From Candidatus Omnitrophota bacterium (lineage in GTDB: Bacteria; Omnitrophota; Omnitrophia; Omnitrophales; Aquincolibacteriaceae), in assembly GCA_043821445.1 (NCBI GenBank), contig JBDRCT010000005.1, positions 2,593 through 66,592 on the forward strand: DNA of 64,000 nt. Direction: 5' to 3'. How positions within the stretch are numbered: position 1 is the stretch's first letter; every line of letters begins with the position of its first letter. A program made the translations under genes and the position numbers. Below are positions 1 through 7,441 of this stretch, in pieces. Below the pieces are notes generated by a model. The model had not been told where the DNA came from. It made no database searches and saw only the letters and a list, made by a program, of their open reading frames with translations.

Positions 1-1277
1 TTGTAGCGGGCACCGTAAAGGTCCATCAGAGACTGCATCACTTCCCGTTCGAGACCGGAGCGCGCAGCCGCGGCCTCGGCGGTCTCCGTGATCGCCCCGC
101 TGCCGTAGACCGTAAATTCTTCTTTTTCATAGATCTTGTGGATACGGTTCATGCAATCCTCGGCCACTTTTCTGTAGGTCGTGTACTTGCCCCCTACCAC
201 GAAAAGAACACCGGACTTCGAATCATGGAAAAGATGCTTTCGCGAGACCTTGCGCGCGGAACCACCCTTACGGATAAGCGGCCTCAAGCCCGCGAACGTT
301 GCGAGGATCTTCGTGGGGGTGAAATCAAGTGCGGGAAAAACGCGCTTGGATTCGCGTATGAGGTAATCCATATCCTCCTTCCCGACTGTCACGGCGTCAG
401 GACTCGAGATGTAATCCGTGTCTGTCGTGCCGATCAGGGAATTCTCCATCCAGGGGATCACGAAAAAAATACGCCGGTCGCTTTGAGACCCGATCAGGAC
501 GGCGTGTTTTGAGATCTCGCCTTTGTACACGATATGGATCCCTTTGGTCGTACGGACTTTTTTCCGGGCGCCCGGAATATCGAGACGCAGGAGCTCATTC
601 GTCCAGGGCCCAGCCGCACAAATGACCCGCTTCGCGCGCACCTCGAATTCTTGGATCCCTAACATGTCATGTGCCCTGACGCCCGCGACCCGGCCATTCT
701 CTTTCATGAAGGAAACTGCCTTTACATAATTCGCGACGTGCGCGCCGTAGTGGACAGCCATCAGAACGTTCTCAAGACAGAGCCGCGCGTCGTCCATCTG
801 CGCGTCATAATAAAGCACTCCTCCTTTCAAACCTCTTTGTTCAATGCCGGGTTCAAGGCGGATCACTTCTTCGCGCGTGAGATTTTTTCGGGACTTCACC
901 CGATAACGCCCGGCCAGGAGGTCATAGAGAAAAACGCCAAACTGCATCATCCAAAGCGGGCGTTTGTCGCCTTCATAGACCGGGATCACGAACGGCAAGG
1001 GCTTTACCAGATGCGGCGCGGTCGTAAGCTGGATATGGCGTTCTTTCAGGGACTCGTAGACAAGGTCCACTTCGAGATTTTCAAGATAGCGGATGCCGCC
1101 ATGAATGAGTTTGGTCGATTTGCTCGAGGTGCCGCTCGCGAAATCACCTTTTTCGAGCAGGGCTACCTTCATGCCGCGCCTGGCCGCAAGGTGCGCGATC
1201 GCGGCTCCATTGATCCCTCCGCCGATCACGAGAATGTCGTAGGTCGTTCTTCTGAAGCGCTCGATGTCCCGGATCAT
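1..1277 (-). CDS. glpD: FAD-dependent glycerol-3-phosphate dehydrogenase, truncated at the window start so the C-terminal part is missing
   Basis: Minus-strand translation from the ATG at 1277 reads MIRDIERFRRTTYDILVIGGGINGAAIAHLAARRGMKVALLEKGDFASGTSSKSTKLIHGGIRYLE, a Rossmann FAD-binding GxGxxG motif typical of GlpD/GlpA. The frame stays open to position 1. The start overlaps the glpK stop as ATGA. Confidence 0.8.
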   Translation of the reverse strand, partial: MIRDIERFRRTTYDILVIGGGINGAAIAHLAARRGMKVALLEKGDFASGTSSKSTKLIHGGIRYLENLEVDLVYESLKERHIQLTTAPHLVKPLPFVIPVYEGDKRPLWMMQFGVFLYDLLAGRYRVKSRKNLTREEVIRLEPGIEQRGLKGGVLYYDAQMDDARLCLENVLMAVHYGAHVANYVKAVSFMKENGRVAGVRAHDMLGIQEFEVRAKRVICAAGPWTNELLRLDIPGARKKVRTTKGIHIVYKGEISKHAVLIGSQSDRRIFFVIPWMENSLIGTTDTDYISSPDAVTVGKEDMDYLIRESKRVFPALDFTPTKILATFAGLRPLIRKGGSARKVSRKHLFHDSKSGVLFVVGGKYTTYRKVAEDCMNRIHKIYEKEEFTVYGSGAITETAEAAAARSGLEREVMQSLMDLYGARY

Positions 1278-2773
1278 GGGAGCATGGCTTTTTGAACGGC
1301 TTTGAGCCATCCCTGGTAAAGCCGCGCGCGGTCACGACCCTTCATATGCGGGGTAAAGATCCGGTCGATCCGGTGTTGTCTTTTGAGGTCATGGCTTTTT
1401 TCCCAAAGTCCTATGGTGACACCTGCCAGATGAGCCACGCCCCGGGCCGTGAGCTCGATCACTTTGGGCCGGAGGATCTTTGCATTCAGGATATCGGCCT
1501 GGAATTGCATCAGAAGATCGTTCTTGCAAGCGCCCCCGTCGACTTTTAATTCATGGATCGGACGGCCGAACGCCTTTTGCATGATATCGAAAACATCCTT
1601 GCTCTGATAAGCGATCGATTCGAGACACGCCCGGATCAAATGGGGCGTCGTGGTCCCGCGAGTGATCCCCGCAATGAGGCCGCGCGCCTCGCTTTTCCAA
1701 TAAGGCGCTCCAAGCCCGACGAACGCCGGCACCACATAAACCCCGTCCGTATCCCGGAGACCCCGGATCGCCTTTTCAGTTTCCGCCGAGCTCTTGATGA
1801 CCTTAAGACCGTCCCGAAGCCACTGAATGACCGCGCCCCCGATGAACACGGCGCCTTCGAGCGCGTAAACGGGGCGACCTTTAAAATCACTTGCGAGCGT
1901 GGTGAGAAGCCCCGCTTTCGAATAGACAAGTTCTTTGCCGGTGTTCAGCACGATGAAACAACCCGTGCCATAGGTATTTTTGACGGTACCGGCTTCATAA
2001 CAGCCTTGACCGTAAAGCGCGGCCTGCTGGTCCCCCATGACTCCCGCGATCGGGATACCGGCCGGAAGCCCGGCAACATTCTGTGTAGTTCCGAAGATCG
2101 ATCCGGAAAACTGAAGCCTCGGCAAAACCTTGCTGGGAACGCCGAAGATCCTGAGAAGTTCCGGGTCCCATTTTTTTGTTTTAATGTTGAGAAGCAGCGT
2201 GCGGGAGGCATTCGTAAGATCGGTCACGTGGGAACGTCCGCCCGTGAGTTTCCAGACGAGCCAACTGTCGATCGTCCCAAACGCGATCTTCCCCCGGGCA
2301 GCCCTCCGGCGGAGGCCCGAAACATGGTCGAGAAGCCACCGGATCTTGGTGCCGGAAAAATAAGGGTCGAGCACAAGTCCCGTCTTTTGATGGATCTTGG
2401 GCTCGTGTTTCTTGAGCGCGCGGCAGATATCCGAGGTACGGCGGCATTGCCAAACGATGGCGCGATGGACCGGCCTCGAGGTCTCACGGTCCCACATCAC
2501 GGTGGTCTCGCGCTGGTTTGTAATGCCGATGGCAAGGATCTCTCCGGGGGCGATCTTGCTTTTGCGAAGGGTCTCGCCGATCACGGACTCGCAGGAGCGC
2601 CAGATCTCCTGGGCGTCGTGTTCCACCCATCCCGGCTTCGGGAAATATTGTTTGAATTCATGGTAGGCGTTTGCGACGGTCCTGCCCGCCACGTCAAAAA
2701 GAATGGCCCGCGAACCCGTTGTCCCCTGATCGATCGCAAGGATGAATTTTTCCATGTTCATTTTCTCTGTCAT
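1274..2773 (-). CDS. glpK: glycerol kinase
   Basis: The 499-aa ORF carries FGGY-family signatures: AIDQGTTGSRAILFD, ITNQRETTVMWDRETSRPV and GTIDSWLVWKLTGG. Confidence 0.95.
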   Translation of the reverse strand: MTEKMNMEKFILAIDQGTTGSRAILFDVAGRTVANAYHEFKQYFPKPGWVEHDAQEIWRSCESVIGETLRKSKIAPGEILAIGITNQRETTVMWDRETSRPVHRAIVWQCRRTSDICRALKKHEPKIHQKTGLVLDPYFSGTKIRWLLDHVSGLRRRAARGKIAFGTIDSWLVWKLTGGRSHVTDLTNASRTLLLNIKTKKWDPELLRIFGVPSKVLPRLQFSGSIFGTTQNVAGLPAGIPIAGVMGDQQAALYGQGCYEAGTVKNTYGTGCFIVLNTGKELVYSKAGLLTTLASDFKGRPVYALEGAVFIGGAVIQWLRDGLKVIKSSAETEKAIRGLRDTDGVYVVPAFVGLGAPYWKSEARGLIAGITRGTTTPHLIRACLESIAYQSKDVFDIMQKAFGRPIHELKVDGGACKNDLLMQFQADILNAKILRPKVIELTARGVAHLAGVTIGLWEKSHDLKRQHRIDRIFTPHMKGRDRARLYQGWLKAVQKAMLP

Positions 2774-2936
2774 CGCGAGGCCGCCGCAGGCGAGCCATGG
2801 CGATCTCGTTTTTAAAAAAGATTGCTTCGTACTTGCTTTCTACTGTTGTATGTTAAAAGACGGCAAGTACAGCACTGGCTTCCAATGTAAAATTTAATGA
2901 AAGCCAGGCGCCGTCTACGCGGCTCGCAATGACTGG

Positions 2937-3725
2937 TCATGTTAGATCATCCAGCACTTTGGTCGTCACAATGAAACTCGCGTTCTTGAGGCGAAGGATG
3001 TTCTTGCCTTTCAAAACCCACTGCAGGGTCTTCAGAAATTCCGTACGGTCGGCGATATGGATCAGGGAACCCCGATAGGCCACGCTGATCTGACCGCGTT
3101 CTTCGGAGACCACGAGCGCGATCGCGTCGATTTTTTCCGTGATCCCGATCGCCGCACGGTGGCGCGTGCCGAAGCTCGGCGAAAGATCGGAAAGCGACGC
3201 AAGAGGCAGGATCCCCTTGACGGTCTGCATGCGGCCTTTGTGCACCACCAGCGCGCCGTCATGAACGGGCGACGAGGTTAAAAAAAGCGGTACAAGGATC
3301 TCGGATCTGATCTCCGCATCAAAGGGCATCCCGCCCTTCATGTGCGGACGCAGAGGCTGTTTGCACTGGAGAATGATTAGGGCACCCACTTTGCGCGATG
3401 CCATCCGTTCCATGGCCGACCAGATCTCAAGAAGATAATGCGGAAGTTGGGGTGTTTTCCGGAAAAGATTACCCACCCGCTCGGCAAGCCACAGCGCACC
3501 CGAGATCACTATGTCCGTACAAAGCAGTCCGCCCGCTATCATGAGAAACGCGATCCCGGTCCGGTGTACCACTGAAGCGTCCAGGGAGGGCACGGCAAAA
3601 AAAAGCGCCGCCCAAAGGCAGAAGATCCCCGCTAGATACTTGAGGAGTGACCTCAGCCCGGCGAGTTTGAATGGATAGAAAAAATATCCGAGCGCGACGA
3701 CAACGGCAATGACCGTAATAAGCAT
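2937..3725 (-). CDS. cdaA: diadenylate cyclase CdaA (c-di-AMP synthase), membrane-anchored
   Basis: Three N-terminal transmembrane helices are followed by a DAC domain (DGALVVHKGRMQTVKGILPLA ... GTRHRAAIGITEKIDAIALVVSEERGQISV). I chose the internal ATG at 3725 because of the GGGGAGAG Shine-Dalgarno just upstream; the ORF-track start at 3821 would add 32 aa of low plausibility. Confidence 0.85.
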   Translation of the reverse strand: MLITVIAVVVALGYFFYPFKLAGLRSLLKYLAGIFCLWAALFFAVPSLDASVVHRTGIAFLMIAGGLLCTDIVISGALWLAERVGNLFRKTPQLPHYLLEIWSAMERMASRKVGALIILQCKQPLRPHMKGGMPFDAEIRSEILVPLFLTSSPVHDGALVVHKGRMQTVKGILPLASLSDLSPSFGTRHRAAIGITEKIDAIALVVSEERGQISVAYRGSLIHIADRTEFLKTLQWVLKGKNILRLKNASFIVTTKVLDDLT

Positions 3726-3867
3726 ACTCTCCCCTTTGAAAGCTGATGAAGCCTTGCGTATAGTTACGGCTGTTGGGGATATTAATGAAGCGCGGCACAA
3801 CGCGCAAAGCGCAACGCACAACGCTGACAGGTTTGTTGTGCGTTGAGCGTAAAACGTTGCACAATGT

Positions 3868-4812
3868 TTAGGCGGTTTTACGGACGATGAGTTTGGGAAG
3901 GTACCGTTTTGAAACAGGCCCGGAGGACGGACGTTCGATCTGCCGGATCAGGATATCCACGGCATCTTTTCCCATTTGGACGAGCGGCTGACGAACGGTC
4001 GTAAGCGGAGGCGAGGAACTCTTCGCGCATTCGTTGTCGTCGAACCCGACGACCGCCATGTCCTGGGGCACGCGTTTACCGGTTTCTTTGAGAGCTTTTA
4101 ATGCTCCGAACGCAAGGTCATCGTTCCCACACACGATCGCACCGGGCAAATTCTTTTCCCGCAGCCACCTTTTCATCATGCGATAGCCTTCCGCCTCGTT
4201 GTTGGCCGCTCCCGAACGGAGCCAGGTGGGGTCGCGCAGGATATGCTGGGTCTTAAGCGCCCGGATGAACCCGCGCACCTTGAGCTGGGTATCGACAAAA
4301 GACACTTTGACCTTCCTTTGCCCCGCCCTGAACGGAACTTCCCACGGCCCGTGCAGCATCCCGATCTTCCGGCGACTCTTTTTCACAAGGTGGGCTACCG
4401 CCTGTGCCATGCCCGCATTCGTGTCGATAGAGACGCTATTCACTCGAAGACCGGGAACCGGATCATTCACAACAAGCACCCGTGTGTGGCGGGAAGTTTC
4501 GATCAATTGTGCGATCTTGGGATGGATCCATCGCCAAGTCAAGATCATAAGCCCGTCCAGTCGATGTTCCTTGAGGATCTGATCCAGACTCCCGTAGGGC
4601 CTGGCGGGCATCATGACGATCTTAAGGCGGCCCTTCACCGTCTTGATCCGGGACAAGATCCCGGAAAGAAGCCCAAGGTGATAGCTTGAGTGGAAGATTT
4701 CTTTGGCGGGAGTGGTCAGAACGCCAAAGGTTCTGCGGTATTTTTGAAAGGAAGATCCCGCGGTATGTCGCGCCCGGGACCCCGAAGCTTTATCGGTTGC
4801 CCGGATTTTCAA
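3868..4812 (-). CDS. LacI-family (periplasmic-binding-fold) ligand-binding domain protein with no recognisable N-terminal HTH
   Basis: The 314-aa ORF aligns with the sugar-binding core of LacI/PurR regulators (VVNDPVPG..., GAIVCGNDDLAFGALKALKETGKRVPQDMAVVGFDDNECAK, TTVRQPLVQMGKDAV). Only about 20 aa precede the core, and there is neither an HTH_LacI segment nor a signal peptide. Confidence 0.6.
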   Translation of the reverse strand: MKIRATDKASGSRARHTAGSSFQKYRRTFGVLTTPAKEIFHSSYHLGLLSGILSRIKTVKGRLKIVMMPARPYGSLDQILKEHRLDGLMILTWRWIHPKIAQLIETSRHTRVLVVNDPVPGLRVNSVSIDTNAGMAQAVAHLVKKSRRKIGMLHGPWEVPFRAGQRKVKVSFVDTQLKVRGFIRALKTQHILRDPTWLRSGAANNEAEGYRMMKRWLREKNLPGAIVCGNDDLAFGALKALKETGKRVPQDMAVVGFDDNECAKSSSPPLTTVRQPLVQMGKDAVDILIRQIERPSSGPVSKRYLPKLIVRKTA

Positions 4813-5126
4813 GCACCGGCCTCGGCAACCTCGACGGAAAGGGCTTTCCAGGCGTCAGTCGGCTCGTCGTACTGGGCTTCGATCGTGACAATATCGTTCT
4901 CGCGGATATCTTTGAGGGACATGACACCCGAAAAAACGGTAACTCCGTCGACCAAGATCTCTTTCTTCTCTTCGATATCCGTGATCGGATCGATCTCGCT
5001 GATCGTGATCGTCTGGGCTTTAGCGTCGATCTTCTGGACCTCTCCGTCGAACCACTCCGCACAAAGGGTCACGGAAAACGAAAACGCCAGAATAAAAAAA
5101 AGGGCAAGGATCTTGAAAGTTTTCAT
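4809..5126 (-). CDS. small secreted acidic protein (signal peptide)
   Basis: The 105-aa ORF begins with an MKTFKILALFFILAFSFSVTLCA signal peptide. Its stop overlaps the start of the downstream LacI-like gene as ATGA. No family recognised. Confidence 0.45.
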   Translation of the reverse strand: MKTFKILALFFILAFSFSVTLCAEWFDGEVQKIDAKAQTITISEIDPITDIEEKKEILVDGVTVFSGVMSLKDIRENDIVTIEAQYDEPTDAWKALSVEVAEAGA

Positions 5127-5275
5127 GTTCTCTTTCCTGTACTGCGTTATATATTGATCTTATGGGTTCGCAGTGCTGGTACCGTTAACCCGTAAATAAA
5201 AAATGAAAAACGGTACCTGAGAGCATTACGTTCGATGAATGGCAAAACCACGAAGATAGGATACTCAAAAAGAGG

Positions 5276-7003
5276 CTAACCGACAATCAATAAATGGCAC
5301 TCTTTGCGAAGGTTATGGGCCAGCGTTCGCAACACGTCGCCGCGCAAAAGACTGATCAGAGCGCTGCGCTTCGTGGCGCCGATCGCGACGGTTTTGACGT
5401 CGAGTTCCTGGGCCGCGCGCGCGATCAATCGGCCGGGGTTTTCCCCTACCTGCCAGATCGGGACCGCCGTAATGCCGAGTTCTTCCATCTTCTCCTGAGC
5501 TTTTCCGAGCACCTCCACGGATTCCCGCGACGGTTCCATTTCGGTCGGAAGCTCGGGCGATGGGGGTGTCTCCTCCACATAGCCCAGATAAACCGAATTC
5601 TCACCCATCGCCTTCACATGGAGGGCGGCCTCTTCAAGCAGTACCGGGTTAAAAGACTTCATGGCCACAAATGCAGAACTTTTATAAAGCGATGTGAGTT
5701 CTTTGGCTTCGGCCACCGTGAGCAAGTTGACGGTTGAAGCTAGCTCCGGCATCGTCACCGGCGCGATCATCTTGGCCGCATAACGGAGAGCAAGACCCAC
5801 TCCCAAAATGGTCAAGACGAAGAAAAGCGCGTTTTGTTTTTGGATCGCGATCGTTAGCTCGATAAAAATCGTGATCAACGCACCCGTGAACAAAAGAATA
5901 CGTTCCCAAAGTTTTAACCGGATCGAAAAATTTGTAGCGCTGGTCGCAAGATTCATGGCGATGGCCCCGACCACGCCGATCGCATAGAGTGCCGCCAAGT
6001 GAACGATATCTTTCTCCGCTAGGAGCACAATGATCGGCGCCAAGGTCGCTACAATCAGCGCAAGCCACGGCATGCCGAACCGGTTGAGTTTTGCAAAAAC
6101 CGGAGGCAATTCACGATCTTTCGCCATCGCGAACTGAATACTCACAAGACCAGTGATCGCCGTGTTCCCGGCGGAAAGAAGCAGAAAACCGAAAGCGATC
6201 GATATTACATTCCCATACCAGGGGCCAATGTAATAGTTGCCTAAAGCGCGGAGCATATCTTCAATGTGGTTTTGCAAGCCGGGAACAGCGTTCATCGCGA
6301 CCCCTAGGAGGAACGTTAGCACCGCCACTTCGATCAGAACGGGCATAATCGCGCGGCGGGCGGTCCTTTTTACGGGCTCCACCATGATTCCCGTCATGTT
6401 CGCAATCACTTCCACGCCTGAAAGCGCAAGCACGATCCCGACAAAAACCGACCAATTCTTCATAAGGCCGCTGGCGGGCAAAACCAGTTGCACATGAGGG
6501 AGATGAGGAATCGTAAAAAGAAAGAGAATGACAGCGGTCAAAGAAGCGAAGACCGCGATCACGGCCGCGACATTACCACCCTTCCCGGGGCCAACCCAAT
6601 TCATGGCACCAATCACGAGGATCGCCCCGACAGCCCAAAGCTCCGGATACGGTACGTTAAAATAATAGAAGGCTGCTAGCACACTTATGGAGACGGTCAC
6701 GGTGTAATTCGCGATAAGAAGAAAAGCCCCGATCACGGCCAGCGTTTGGGATCGTTGCTTCACCGAGGAATAAACTCCTCCGCCGTCTGGATAAATGCGG
6801 CAGACGACCATGTAACAGATCCCGATCAGGATCATGAAGAGGGACATGAGCCCGAGGAAAAACCACGAGGCGTGGCCGGCAAGGGCGAAGGCGATCCCGA
6901 GAACGTAGGCCTTCGAAGTGCCCCAATCGCCATAGAGCATGGCGCCGGCGTGATACCACTTGAGTTCGCGGGGTCTTTCGACCCGTTTGATCATAACTGC
7001 CAT
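5276..7003 (-). CDS. APC-family amino-acid/polyamine permease fused to a C-terminal universal stress protein (UspA) domain
   Basis: About 12 transmembrane helices with APC-like motifs (GAMLYGDWGTSKAYVLG) are followed by a soluble Usp-type alpha/beta domain (VAIGATKRSALISLLRGDVLRTLAHNLRKECHLLIVG). Confidence 0.7.
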   Translation of the reverse strand: MAVMIKRVERPRELKWYHAGAMLYGDWGTSKAYVLGIAFALAGHASWFFLGLMSLFMILIGICYMVVCRIYPDGGGVYSSVKQRSQTLAVIGAFLLIANYTVTVSISVLAAFYYFNVPYPELWAVGAILVIGAMNWVGPGKGGNVAAVIAVFASLTAVILFLFTIPHLPHVQLVLPASGLMKNWSVFVGIVLALSGVEVIANMTGIMVEPVKRTARRAIMPVLIEVAVLTFLLGVAMNAVPGLQNHIEDMLRALGNYYIGPWYGNVISIAFGFLLLSAGNTAITGLVSIQFAMAKDRELPPVFAKLNRFGMPWLALIVATLAPIIVLLAEKDIVHLAALYAIGVVGAIAMNLATSATNFSIRLKLWERILLFTGALITIFIELTIAIQKQNALFFVLTILGVGLALRYAAKMIAPVTMPELASTVNLLTVAEAKELTSLYKSSAFVAMKSFNPVLLEEAALHVKAMGENSVYLGYVEETPPSPELPTEMEPSRESVEVLGKAQEKMEELGITAVPIWQVGENPGRLIARAAQELDVKTVAIGATKRSALISLLRGDVLRTLAHNLRKECHLLIVG

Positions 7004-7116
7004 AAGAAGTCCTAATATAGCAGAAGCGGGCAGACAATCAATAGAGGACTGCCTCCTTCTCTATGCCGCTTTCCCATGAGCGCCTGATTTTCTATTAAAG
7101 AATGAATCGAGAAATC

Positions 7117-7247
7117 AGTCCCAATACTTATCAATTTTTGCAAAGCGGAAATTGGGGCAGTCCAAGTCATCATCATTGAAAATAAAACAAAGACTTGGGC
7201 AGTGCAGTCCTGATGGACCCTCCTGGAAATGAATGGCATCATCAGGG
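7117..7247 (+). repeat. double-hairpin structured repeat, copy A (plus a third hairpin), in the divergent intergenic region upstream of hppA
   Basis: Hairpin 1 is CCCAAT..CAATTT-loop-AAATTGGGG (7120-7157). Hairpin 2 is GTCCAAGTC, a 23-nt A-rich loop, then GACTTGGGC (7160-7200). A third hairpin, CCTGATGG...CATCAGG (7209-7246), is followed by a T-rich tract. Each hairpin is preceded by AGTCC. Confidence 0.7.
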
Positions 7248-7441
7248 TGTTTAAATTTGGGTGGAATTTTTCTGGCGTTCCGCTATCATAAGTGCCCATT
7301 CGGCATCATTCAGCATATAAAGCCTTTAAGAACCTTATTTAATATCAACAACAAAAGATGATTATTAGCTTGGGCAATGCGTTTTTGGGTCATTCCACCG
7401 AAGATCTGCAAGACTTGAGTTATTAATTCAGCCGGAGACAT

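Noticed and set aside
1553-2815. A 420-aa plus-strand ORF.
   Set aside because: It is antisense to glpK, which has unambiguous glycerol-kinase motifs. The ORF is GC-rich, low in complexity (Arg/Pro/Gly-rich) and has no recognisable domain, so it is a shadow ORF.
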